In this document: positions 15,650-24,772 of the stretch, piece by piece
Position numbering within the stretch: position 1 is the first letter of the stretch
How the letters are laid out: each line of letters starts with the position of its first letter
Source: a bacterium
Lineage (GTDB): Bacteria; Patescibacteriota; Minisyncoccia; Sungbacterales; SURF-37
Reading direction: 5' to 3'
Assembly: GCA_030648055.1 (NCBI GenBank)
Contig: JAUSHI010000009.1
Coordinates: 176,769 to 240,768, forward strand
DNA length: 64,000 nt
Program-made: the position numbers and the translations under genes
Notes under the pieces: generated by a model
Told to the model about the DNA's origin: nothing
Databases searched by the model: none
What the model saw: the letters and a program-made list of their open reading frames with translations, nothing else

Positions 15650-16705
15650 ATGTTAAATAAAGTCTTTGGGTTATTCTCAAAAGATATAGGTATTGACCTT
15701 GGAACGGCGAACACACTCGTGTATGTGCGCGGTCTCGGTATTATCATAAACGAGCCTTCGGTAGTGGCGATAAATCAGAAAACCGGGCTTGTTGTCGCGG
15801 TGGGTGCTGAGGCAAGGAAAATGGTGGGCAGAACCCCGGCCTATATTTCTGCCGTGCGTCCGCTTCAGGAGGGTGTGATCTCCGACTTTGAAGTGACGGA
15901 AGAAATGATCCGTTATTTTATTCAGCGTGCTCACAAAGAAACTTTTTCGCTTTTTCCGAGGCCCAGAGTAGTCATCGGCATTCCTTCGGAAGTAACTGAA
16001 GTTGAAAGGAAGGCGGTTGAAGATGCCGCACGCAATGCCGGAGCTAGGGAAGTATATCTTGTGGAAGAACCGATGGCCGCGGCCATCGGCATAAGAATGC
16101 CGGTGCAGGAAGCGATGGGTTCCATGATTGTTGATATAGGCGGCGGCACTACCGATATAGCTGTAATTTCACTTGGCGGAATAGTTGCTTCTAAAAATCT
16201 GCGAATCGCGGGCGACAGACTGAACGGCGATATTATTCGCTTTGCCCGGGATGAATATAAATTATTGCTTGGTGAAAGAACCGCTGAAGATATTAAAATT
16301 GCCATCGGTTCCGCTTTTGAATTAAAAGAGTCGCTGCAGACGGTAATGCGGGGAAGAGACCTTGCCACCGGACTTCCTAAAGAAATTTTTGTTGATGATT
16401 CCGAGGTGCGCCGAGCTATGCGCCATTCCATAAATACGATTGTAAGCGCGATTAAGGGGACCATAGAGGTAACCCCCCCTGAACTTGTTGCCGATATTAT
16501 GGCCAACGGTATAACATTGGTGGGCGGCGGGGCGCTTTTGAGAGGCCTTGATAAATTGATCCAGGCCGAGACAAAAATCACGGTAAAAGTCGCCGAGGAT
16601 CCGCTTTCAGCGGTTGTGCTGGGTACTGGTGTTATACTTGAAGATATTGACGCTCTGCGGAATGTTTTGGTGACAGGTGAATATCAAAGGGCACCGCGTA
16701 TATAG
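15650..16705 (+). CDS. mreB: Rod-shape protein MreB (actin-like ATPase)
   Basis: IGIDLGTANTLVY phosphate-1, DIGGGTTD phosphate-2, LVGGGALLRGLD adenosine motif. Confidence 0.95.
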   Translation: MLNKVFGLFSKDIGIDLGTANTLVYVRGLGIIINEPSVVAINQKTGLVVAVGAEARKMVGRTPAYISAVRPLQEGVISDFEVTEEMIRYFIQRAHKETFSLFPRPRVVIGIPSEVTEVERKAVEDAARNAGAREVYLVEEPMAAAIGIRMPVQEAMGSMIVDIGGGTTDIAVISLGGIVASKNLRIAGDRLNGDIIRFARDEYKLLLGERTAEDIKIAIGSAFELKESLQTVMRGRDLATGLPKEIFVDDSEVRRAMRHSINTIVSAIKGTIEVTPPELVADIMANGITLVGGGALLRGLDKLIQAETKITVKVAEDPLSAVVLGTGVILEDIDALRNVLVTGEYQRAPRI

Positions 16706-16757
16706 GACATAATTCTTAAAAGAGCGGCTGTGTATCAAAAGTTAGGCAGATAAAATA

Positions 16758-17537
16758 ATGACACCAAGAGACATTAAAAATATTGAATTTTTAATATTTA
16801 TAGTAACCGCCGGGTTGCTTGTTTTTTTAAGCATTGTCGGCGGCCTTCGTCCGCTAACAAATTTGGTTTCGCGCGTTACCGTTCCGCTACTTTCTTTTTC
16901 CACCAGTATTTTTAGAACCACCGGAAATTACCAAACTCTTCAGGATGAAAACGCCAAACTTAAAAGCCAGCTTGCTGACGCCGATTCTCTAAAAAAAGAG
17001 AATGAAAATTTGCAAAAAGCGCTATCGCTTGGTTATGAGGAAGGGCGGAGAATTCTTCCGGCATCCAGGATTGGGTTTTATCGTTTTTTTGATAACGAGA
17101 TTATTATTATTGATCGTGGCGTTGAGGCGGGTGTTGCCGCGGGCGATATTGTTCAGACCGCAGATAAAGTATATGCGGGCAAGGTAATTTCAAGCACTTC
17201 GGGCCGAGCCGATGTTTTGCTTGTGACAAGCCGGAATCAAGTTATTGATGTTACATTTACAAATTCAAATATTCGCGCGAGGGCGCGGGGTATTAACGGT
17301 AGAGAATTCGCGATTGATTTTGTTCCTGAAAACGCAGAAATACATAAGGGCGATCTTTTTATCGTGACTCCGAAGGCGGGGAATAAGGCATCAAACCTCG
17401 TGCTTGGCGAGATTCGCGAAATATCGTCTGACGAAAGCCATGTTTTTAAAATAATACGCGCCCTTCACCTTTTTGATTCTCTGGGCGACGCGACTCTTTT
17501 TGTCTCTCCGTCAGATAAATTATTACCTCGGTATTAA
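16758..17537 (+). CDS. mreC: Rod-shape protein MreC
   Basis: N-terminal TM, then coiled-coil (LQDENAKLKSQLADADSLKKENENLQ), then beta-rich domain. Position after mreB. Confidence 0.8.
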   Translation: MTPRDIKNIEFLIFIVTAGLLVFLSIVGGLRPLTNLVSRVTVPLLSFSTSIFRTTGNYQTLQDENAKLKSQLADADSLKKENENLQKALSLGYEEGRRILPASRIGFYRFFDNEIIIIDRGVEAGVAAGDIVQTADKVYAGKVISSTSGRADVLLVTSRNQVIDVTFTNSNIRARARGINGREFAIDFVPENAEIHKGDLFIVTPKAGNKASNLVLGEIREISSDESHVFKIIRALHLFDSLGDATLFVSPSDKLLPRY

Positions 17538-17666
17538 ATTTCACAACTCACGCCACAGCAAGGCGTTTCCTGCCTGCCGGCGCTTATTACGAGATGGTTC
17601 TATTCGGGCCACGCGCCTTGCGGATGATATGGTAAATTATGCTCCTGTTCTTATTTTGTTATACTG

Positions 17667-17792
17667 ATTAAGGCGAAATTAGTGAGGGGGTGAAAAGCGT
17701 TTAAATAGCCTTTCGCTGGTTTTCCGAGAAGACCGCGAAGCGGTCCTCGCGGGACTAAACCCGGGAAAATAATTTGTAGCTACTCGCTTAAT
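17667..17792 (+). promoter_or_regulatory. Structured leader element C upstream of mreD, containing the conserved module also found at 33503-33580
   Basis: Closing helix ATTAAGGCGA/TCGCTTAAT. Module 17688-17765 has three helices, each with compensatory differences from the copy at 33503-33580. Confidence 0.65.
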
Positions 17793-17807
17793 GCTCGCAG
17801 ACAAATT

Positions 17808-18320
17808 ATGAATTTTTTTATAGCCATTTTTATTTTTACCGTTGCTTTATTTTTAGAGCTTGTTTTTGTGCCAAAAATTTTGGGAGTTTTTCTTCCTTTG
17901 TCGGTTTGGGCCGCGGCCGCGGTTTTCGCTACGTTTAATACGCGGCGGGCTGTTATTTTTTCTCTTGTGGCCGCGTTTTTGGAGACACTTTTTTTGCCCA
18001 ATTTCGGCGGGTTTTTCTTTTTTATTTTTCTCGGAGCGGTAGCCGCGGTATTTTTATTCAGACACTGGTTTGACGGTGTTGGTTTTGTCTATGATTTCGC
18101 GGCTTTAGTGGTGGCTCTCTTTTTTTGTGAATTTTTATTGCCGCTGGTTCTGGTGTTTTTAAACCCTTACGGCTTCGGCAATCCGGCCCTTCCATTGAGT
18201 TACGGTATGGTTATTTTGCCAAGCGCGTTTATTTTTGATGTTTTTTTTGTGTTGTTTTTCGGCCTGATTCTGTATTTTTATGAAAGCGGGCGGAGCGTTA
18301 GACGCATGAAATATGTTTGA
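17808..18320 (+). CDS. mreD: Polytopic membrane protein in the MreD position
   Basis: 170 aa, 5-6 hydrophobic helices. Located between mreC and mrdA and overlaps mrdA by 8 nt. The call rests on synteny. Confidence 0.55.
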   Translation: MNFFIAIFIFTVALFLELVFVPKILGVFLPLSVWAAAAVFATFNTRRAVIFSLVAAFLETLFLPNFGGFFFFIFLGAVAAVFLFRHWFDGVGFVYDFAALVVALFFCEFLLPLVLVFLNPYGFGNPALPLSYGMVILPSAFIFDVFFVLFFGLILYFYESGRSVRRMKYV

Positions 18321-20286
18321 CCAATTTTTTAAAAAAAGGCGTATTCAGAGGGGCCGCGAGCTTGATCCGGAAGAAATTTTTATGGATTCCGTGAATTTGC
18401 CCGGACACGACCGGATGCGCCCCGAGGGGCGCATCGTGGGTTCAATAGAGCGCAGTGTTTTTTTTAAGTTTGCTCTTTTGATGTTAATCGGCCTTGTTGT
18501 CGTATTTTTACGGCTTATGCAGCTTCAATATATACACGGTACTGAAAATTTAAGCGCTTCACAAAAAAACATTTCGTACACGCTCTTTACCGCGCCTCCC
18601 CGGGGAATTATTTACGACCGGAACATGAAAGTAATTGCTTCTAACTCGGCCTCATACGCGCTTATCTTAAATAAGAGGGATTTTATCAAAGATGATGATT
18701 TCGCGGCCGCCCTCAAAAACGGTGCGGCTCTTGCCGGTATGTCTCTTGAGGAAATATATTTTGAAAACAATCCTGGCCGTAATTTTGATTTTTCGCTCCC
18801 GGATAATATTTTTTTGTCGCGGGTTTGGCCGGAAAAAATAGTTTTTATTAATGACATTCCGCATGACTTGCTTTTGAGTGTTGCAACAACCCCCGGGAAA
18901 TTTCCCGGATTTTCTATTGAAGAATCAATTAAGCGTATTTATTCCGGCGGGCCGGCTTTCGGGCCGGTTGTCGGCTTTACCGGGCGTCCGACGGATGCCG
19001 ATAGGGCCAGTTCCTCGTTTTACAATTTCGGAACGCACACTGTCGGCAAGGATGGCATTGAACTGGTTTATGAGGAAAAACTCCGCGGTAGTCCTGGCAA
19101 AAAAATAATTGAAATTGATGCTAAAGGTTCTGCTCAACGTGAGCGTTTTATTGATAAAGCCGTTTTTGGAGACCACATTGTTTTGAATATTGATTATGAT
19201 CTTGAGGCGGCCGCGTATGACGCTCTTTCGCGCCATATAATCGCGCTCGGCAAAAAAGCCGGCTCGGTGGTTATTAGCGACCCCAGAGACGGGCGAATAT
19301 TGGCCATGGTCAATTATCCAAGTTTTGAGCCACAAATTTTGGCCGACGGTAAAAATATATCCGCCATCCGCGGGCTTTTTACCAACAAGAACAGCCCGCT
19401 TTTTAATCGCGCTATCGCCGGAATTTACGCGCCTGGCTCAACTGTAAAACCTGTTTTGGCAACGGCGGCATTGGAGGAAAAAATCATTGACCCTGAGCAC
19501 GAGATTTATGATGAGGGGTTTATTTCCGTGCCCAACCCATATGACCCGACAAAACAGACCATATTCAAAGATTGGTCTAAATTGGGGTGGGTGGATATGC
19601 GGAAGGCCATCGCTTATTCAGCTAACGTATATTTTTACACCATAGGCGGCGGCTACGGCGATATTAAAGGACTCGGCATTGAGCGCATAGGAAAGTTTTT
19701 GAGTATGTTCGGATTTGGTGTGCCTTCGGGGATTGACCTTATTGGAGAGAAAGGCGGGCTTGTTCCTAGTCCAGAGGAAAAGAAAAAAACAAGGCCCGCG
19801 GATCCGTTTTGGAGAATCGGAGACACATATATTTCTTCTATCGGTCAGGGCGATACGGGGGCTACACCTTTGCAATTGAATATGGCAACGGCGGCAATTG
19901 CCAACGGCGGAACTCTTTGGCGGCCGTTTGTAACTAAGGCCGTACTTGATGAGGCCGGGTCGGTGTTGGAGGAAATTAAGCCGCAAGCTACAAGGACTAA
20001 TTTGGCCGACCAGAAATCTTTGACAATCGTTAGGGAAGGAATGCGGCTCGCGGTTCAGGAGGGTTCGGCTAAATCCCTTGGCGATCTTTCGGTTAAGATC
20101 GCGGGTAAAACCGGAACCGCGCAGACAGGAGTCGTTGGAAAAAATCATGGGTGGTTTACAGGTTTCGCTCCTTACGATAAACCCGAGATGGTGATTACCG
20201 TTCTTGTAGAAGAGGGCACGGGCGGTTCAACCGACGCCGTGCCGATTGCAAAAGAGATTCTTTACGCGTGGATGGGCCACAGGTAG
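18313..20286 (+). CDS. mrdA: Penicillin-binding protein 2 (elongation transpeptidase)
   Basis: N-terminal TM, SxxK (GSTVKP), SxN-like (SSIGQG) and KTG (KTGTAQ) motifs. Confidence 0.9.
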   Translation: MFDQFFKKRRIQRGRELDPEEIFMDSVNLPGHDRMRPEGRIVGSIERSVFFKFALLMLIGLVVVFLRLMQLQYIHGTENLSASQKNISYTLFTAPPRGIIYDRNMKVIASNSASYALILNKRDFIKDDDFAAALKNGAALAGMSLEEIYFENNPGRNFDFSLPDNIFLSRVWPEKIVFINDIPHDLLLSVATTPGKFPGFSIEESIKRIYSGGPAFGPVVGFTGRPTDADRASSSFYNFGTHTVGKDGIELVYEEKLRGSPGKKIIEIDAKGSAQRERFIDKAVFGDHIVLNIDYDLEAAAYDALSRHIIALGKKAGSVVISDPRDGRILAMVNYPSFEPQILADGKNISAIRGLFTNKNSPLFNRAIAGIYAPGSTVKPVLATAALEEKIIDPEHEIYDEGFISVPNPYDPTKQTIFKDWSKLGWVDMRKAIAYSANVYFYTIGGGYGDIKGLGIERIGKFLSMFGFGVPSGIDLIGEKGGLVPSPEEKKKTRPADPFWRIGDTYISSIGQGDTGATPLQLNMATAAIANGGTLWRPFVTKAVLDEAGSVLEEIKPQATRTNLADQKSLTIVREGMRLAVQEGSAKSLGDLSVKIAGKTGTAQTGVVGKNHGWFTGFAPYDKPEMVITVLVEEGTGGSTDAVPIAKEILYAWMGHR

Positions 20287-20306
20287 TAGGTGTTTTTGCG
20301 GAACCA

Positions 20307-20334
20307 TTGCAAATAGTTTTTGGCGGAGTATACT
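20307..20334 (+). promoter_or_regulatory. sigma70-type promoter of greA
   Basis: TTGCAA-16 nt-TATACT. Confidence 0.5.
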
Positions 20335-20363
20335 TGGGATAATATATTAACTTTTGGAAAACT

Positions 20364-20819
20364 ATGTCTGAATACTTAAGCCCGCAAGGGCTTGAAAAAT
20401 TAAAGAAAGAGCTGGAAGACCTGAAAACTGTGAAGCGGCGGGAAATCGCCTCGCGTCTTGAGGTCGCCAAAGCCCTGGGGGATCTTTCGGAGAACGCCGA
20501 ATATCAGGAGGCCAAAGAAGCGCAGTCATTGAACGAATCGCAAATTGCCGAACTGGAGGAGATGCTTCGGAACGCCGTATTAATCAAAAAACCGACTGAT
20601 TTGAACATGGTCCAGGTTGGAGCGACGATTGACATAGAATCAGATTTTGGGCGGGAAACATTTACGATTGTGGGTTCGGAAGAGGCTGACCCTCCTCAAG
20701 GGAAAATCTCTAATGAATCTCCGCTTGGTAAGGCGTTTTTGGGTAAAAAAGTCGGTGATGCCGCCGAGGTTAAAACACCCGGTGGAATGGTGAAGTATAA
20801 AGTTACGAAGATTAGTTGA
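20364..20819 (+). CDS. greA: Transcription elongation factor GreA
   Basis: GDLSENAEYQEAKEAQ acidic coiled-coil tip. C-terminal FKBP-like domain with ISNESPLGKAFLGKKVGD. Confidence 0.95.
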   Translation: MSEYLSPQGLEKLKKELEDLKTVKRREIASRLEVAKALGDLSENAEYQEAKEAQSLNESQIAELEEMLRNAVLIKKPTDLNMVQVGATIDIESDFGRETFTIVGSEEADPPQGKISNESPLGKAFLGKKVGDAAEVKTPGGMVKYKVTKIS

Positions 20820-20842
20820 TTAACTAGCAATAGGCTTTAGAA

Positions 20843-20872
20843 ACAGTCTCGGCGATTGCCGGGGCTGTTTTC
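20843..20872 (+). terminator. Intrinsic terminator after greA
   Basis: ACAGUCUCGGC-GAUU-GCCGGGGCUGU, followed by UUUU. The two non-Watson-Crick positions are U.G wobbles only on the plus strand. Confidence 0.7.
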
Positions 20873-20921
20873 AGTAGTGCTCTTCGTGATATTATTGAAA
20901 TAAGCAGACATTGGATATTTT

Positions 20922-22388
20922 ATGGCATTTGAAGACATTAGAAACGAGCGCTTAAAGAAGCTCGCCCTTTTGGAGGCGGCGGGTTTTAATGTTTATCCGG
21001 CTTCCACATTGAGGACGCATGCGGTCTCGGAGGCGCAGAAAAATTTTTCTAAATTTGAAAAAGCTCAAAAGCGAATTGTTCTTACCGGCCGGGTTATGGC
21101 TTTGCGTGAACATGGCGGGTCAACGTTTGCCAACCTTAAAGATGAAAGCGGCGTAATTCAGTTTTATCTCAAAGAAGATGAGGTCGGGCAAAAAGAATAT
21201 CGGCTTTTTTTGGACGGCGTTGATGTCGGGGATTTTGTTGAAATTTCGGGCAAGCTTTTTAAAACAAAGCGCGGCGAAGAAACTCTTGAGGTCTCAAACT
21301 GGCGGATTCTCGTAAAATCATTAAGGCCGCTTCCTGAAAAATGGCACGGCCTTCAAGATGTGGAGGAGCGTTTCCGCAAGAGATATCTTAATTTGATAAT
21401 GAATGACGAGGCTAAGGCGAAATTTTTGCAAAGAGCGAAACTCGTTAATTCAATGCGCAGTTTTTTTGAAAAATCGGGTTTTACCGAATTTGAAACCCCG
21501 CTTCTTCATCCTTTAGCCGGTGGGGCTTTGGCCCGTCCCTTTAAGACGCATCACAATGCTCTGGATACGGATTTTTATTTAAGAATCGCGCCGGAACTTT
21601 ACTTGAAGCGCCTTTTGGTCGGGGGGTTTGAGAAAGTATTTGAGCTTGGACGCAATTTCAGGAACGAAGGATTGGACGCAACGCACAACTCGGAATTTAC
21701 AATGCTTGAAGCGTATGCCGCATGGTGGGACGAGGAAGGAATGATGAAGTTTGTGGAAGAACTGTTTGTAAAACTTGTGAAGGAGTTTTTTAAATCCGGA
21801 AAAATGGAATATGACGGCAAGAAGTTTTCGGTAAAGTCACCTTTCAAAAAAATTACATTCAAGGACTTGCTTAAGTGCCACGCGCGAATTGAAGATTATG
21901 ACAATCTCACGCGCGACAGCATGGCTACGCGAGCGCGAGAGCTTGATTTGGGTGTTTCACCTCATGAATCAAAAGGGAAAATCGCCGACGAAATTTATAA
22001 AAAAGTATGCCGCCCGCATCTCATAGAGCCGACATTTGTTACCCGGCATCCAATTGATATCTCTCCGCTTGCCAAAGAGTTAGAGGAAAAGCCGGATGAA
22101 GTGCGCCGTTTTCAGCTTATTGTCGCCGGACTTGAGGTTGCTAATGCTTTTTCGGAGCTTAATAATCCAATAGAACAGCGCAAGCGTTTTGAGGCGCAGG
22201 AGAGAGAAAAGAAGGGCGGGGAAGAAGAGGCCCATCCGCTGGATGAGGATTTTATTGAAGCAATGGAGTATGGCATGCCGCCGGCTGCCGGTCTTGGTAT
22301 TGGAATTGACCGTCTGGCCATGCTTTTCACAAATACTCATAATATCAAAGAGGTGATATTATTTCCAACAATGAAGCCCAAACATTAG
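20922..22388 (+). CDS. lysS: Lysyl-tRNA synthetase, class II
   Basis: OB-fold N-terminus. Class II motifs FRNEGLDATHNSEFTMLE and GLGIGIDRLAMLF. Confidence 0.95.
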   Translation: MAFEDIRNERLKKLALLEAAGFNVYPASTLRTHAVSEAQKNFSKFEKAQKRIVLTGRVMALREHGGSTFANLKDESGVIQFYLKEDEVGQKEYRLFLDGVDVGDFVEISGKLFKTKRGEETLEVSNWRILVKSLRPLPEKWHGLQDVEERFRKRYLNLIMNDEAKAKFLQRAKLVNSMRSFFEKSGFTEFETPLLHPLAGGALARPFKTHHNALDTDFYLRIAPELYLKRLLVGGFEKVFELGRNFRNEGLDATHNSEFTMLEAYAAWWDEEGMMKFVEELFVKLVKEFFKSGKMEYDGKKFSVKSPFKKITFKDLLKCHARIEDYDNLTRDSMATRARELDLGVSPHESKGKIADEIYKKVCRPHLIEPTFVTRHPIDISPLAKELEEKPDEVRRFQLIVAGLEVANAFSELNNPIEQRKRFEAQEREKKGGEEEAHPLDEDFIEAMEYGMPPAAGLGIGIDRLAMLFTNTHNIKEVILFPTMKPKH

Positions 22389-22510
22389 ATGAATCCCGTA
22401 CGAAATCGCGGACACGTGTATATCGTATATATGAATTTTGTTCGAAAAAAATTTAGTAATAATAATTTGGAATGCGAGATATTCTGCGTCCGCGTTCTAT
22501 TTCGTACGGG

Positions 22511-23122
22511 ATGAAGAAAATTCTTATTGCTACAAAAAATCCTGGGAAGATTCAGGAATATATGGAACTTTTGAAAGGCGAGCCGTTTGAATTTGTTACC
22601 CTTAATGATATTAAGATTACAATGTCGATTGATGAGGATGGAGAGACGATGGAGGAAAACGCGGTGAAAAAAGCAGTGCATTATGCTTATTTTTCCAATT
22701 TGCCCGCGCTTGCGGACGACGGAGGAATTGAGATTGAGGCGCTTAACGGAGAACCAGGAGTGAAGACCCGCCGCTGGCCGGGTTATGAGGCGACGGATGA
22801 GGAGCTTGTTGATATGGCACTTGAAAAAATGAAAGGCGTGCCGTGGGAGAAACGAAAAGCGCGCTTTCGTGTTTTGGTTGCCTTCGCTATTCCGAATGAA
22901 GAAAATGTTTGGGTGCGCGAAGGGGTTAAGGAAGGTTACATCACCGAGACTGCGACGCCGATTGTCCGGGGCTATCCCTTTCGTTCCATTTTTTGGTTTC
23001 CGGAAACAAAAAAGATGTGGGCCGAACATACTCCCGAAGAAGAAGACAAATTGGTGCTTCATCGCAAGCAAGCCGTTGAGCAATTGCTCCCGATTATTAA
23101 AAAAGAATTAGAAAAAGAGTAA
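22511..23122 (+). CDS. rdgB: Non-canonical purine NTP pyrophosphatase (RdgB/HAM1 family)
   Basis: MKKILIATKNPGKIQEY start and EENAVKKA..ALADDGGIEIEALNGEPGV motif. ATG 22511 is preferred over the longer track start. Confidence 0.85.
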   Translation: MKKILIATKNPGKIQEYMELLKGEPFEFVTLNDIKITMSIDEDGETMEENAVKKAVHYAYFSNLPALADDGGIEIEALNGEPGVKTRRWPGYEATDEELVDMALEKMKGVPWEKRKARFRVLVAFAIPNEENVWVREGVKEGYITETATPIVRGYPFRSIFWFPETKKMWAEHTPEEEDKLVLHRKQAVEQLLPIIKKELEKE

Positions 23123-24450
23123 TGCTAGATATAAAATTTATTCGGCAAAATAGGAAAGAGGTTGAAGAGAGTCTTAAAAATAAGGGGGTCCAAGTTAATC
23201 TTGGCCGGCTTTTGGAAGTGGACGAGAAGCGGAGAGAAAAAATTAAAGCGGTTGATGAACTTCGCGCTGGGCATAATCGCGACTCCGACGATATTATGAA
23301 GCTCAAAGGAGAAGAACGCGAGACGCGTATTAAGGAGGTAAAGGAGATGAAGGCAAAATTGGCTGACGTGGAGTTTGAATTAAAAGCGCTTGAAGAAGAG
23401 TTCCGCGATTTGATGTATAAACTCCCCAATGTCCCGTTTACAGAAGTGCCGGTTGGTAAGGATGGGGGAGATAACATAACGCTTCGCGAAGTCGGCAAAA
23501 AACCAAAGTTTGATTTTGCGTTTCTTGATTATATTGAGCTTGGAGAAAAGCTAGACCTTATAGATACTGCCCGGGCTTCAAAAGTTTCGGGTTCTAGGTT
23601 CGGATATCTTAAACATGAGGCACCTATTTTAGAGCTCGCTCTTTTGCAATTTGCCATGTCGTTTCTTGTTGATGAGGCAAATATCCGGGCGATTATAGAA
23701 GAAAAGGGCTTGAAAATTAAAGCAAAGCCATTCATTCCCGTAATTCCTCCCGTATTGGTGCGCCCTGAAGCAATGCGCGCTATGGGTTATATGGAACGCG
23801 GAGAGGACGAGATTTATCATCTTGAAAAAGATGACTTATATCTTGTCGGCACTTCCGAGCAATCTGTTGGGCCGATGCATCAGAACGAAATATTTGAGGA
23901 AGAAACTATGCCACATCGCCACATTGCGTTTTCAACTTGTTTTAGAAGAGAGGCCGGCTCCTATGGAAAGGATACTCGGGGAATATTAAGAGTGCATCAG
24001 TTTGATAAGGCAGAGATGTTTGTGTTTTCTACTCCAGAGACGTCCAAAGACGAACATCAGCTTCTTCTCGGCATAGAGGAGAAATTAATGTCGCTTCTCG
24101 GAATTCCTTATCGGGTTCTTGATATTTGCACCGGAGACCTTGGAGATCCCGCCGCGGCAAAGTATGACATAGAGGCGTGGCTTCCGGGGCAAAATGAAAA
24201 GAAGGGGGAATACCGCGAAACGCATTCAACATCCAACACGACCGATTTTCAGGCGCGCCGTTTAAACATTAAATACCGCGATTCAAAAACAAAAAAGAGC
24301 GGATATGTGCATATGCTTAACGGCACGGCGTTTGCCATGGGGCGGATGCTTATAGCAATTCTGGAAAATTACCAACAATCCGACGGTTCGGTGCGCGTGC
24401 CGGAAATTCTTCAACCCTACACTTTCGGAATTAAAGAAATTAAGCGCTAA
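23122..24450 (+). CDS. serS: Seryl-tRNA synthetase
   Basis: MLDIKFIRQN coiled-coil arm. Class II motifs FRREAGSYGKDTRGILRVHQF and GTAFAMGRMLIAILENYQ. Confidence 0.95.
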   Translation: MLDIKFIRQNRKEVEESLKNKGVQVNLGRLLEVDEKRREKIKAVDELRAGHNRDSDDIMKLKGEERETRIKEVKEMKAKLADVEFELKALEEEFRDLMYKLPNVPFTEVPVGKDGGDNITLREVGKKPKFDFAFLDYIELGEKLDLIDTARASKVSGSRFGYLKHEAPILELALLQFAMSFLVDEANIRAIIEEKGLKIKAKPFIPVIPPVLVRPEAMRAMGYMERGEDEIYHLEKDDLYLVGTSEQSVGPMHQNEIFEEETMPHRHIAFSTCFRREAGSYGKDTRGILRVHQFDKAEMFVFSTPETSKDEHQLLLGIEEKLMSLLGIPYRVLDICTGDLGDPAAAKYDIEAWLPGQNEKKGEYRETHSTSNTTDFQARRLNIKYRDSKTKKSGYVHMLNGTAFAMGRMLIAILENYQQSDGSVRVPEILQPYTFGIKEIKR

Positions 24451-24772
24451 AAAAATCGGTCCTGAGTAAGGGCTGGTTTTTGTAAATAACCATTAATGTT
24501 CTGTTTAGTGTATAATAAAGGGAGAGGGGCAAAACCCTCGGAAATTACAGGCATTCTTTAGGGTATATTTCTTAAAAAAGTAAACGGCAAGACCAAAGAA
24601 TTCCGGTAATCGCCCAAAAACCCCTCTCTTCTTATGAACGCGGGGTTTTATTGTAAAGAAGCGCTTGATATATTGTTGATAAGCAGTGGACAGAGGTTCC
24701 CCGCTTAAACAAAAATTGCAGATTACGAGCCGATTTTACCAGATTCATTGCAGTTATTTAGCAAAAGGGTGA

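Noticed and set aside
15931-16581. 216-aa minus-strand ORF inside mreB. Similar antisense ORFs occur at 22385-23083 (in rdgB), 19618-20148 (in mrdA), 18925-19335 and 23097-23498.
   Set aside because: These are antisense shadows of strongly supported housekeeping genes, with no independent signals.
24523-24628. c-di-GMP-I (GEMM) riboswitch assignment for the serS-downstream structure
   Set aside because: Only a loose GGCAAA-type resemblance exists. The conserved ACGCAAAGC strand and the tetraloop-receptor features could not be found, so it is kept only as an unclassified low-confidence candidate.
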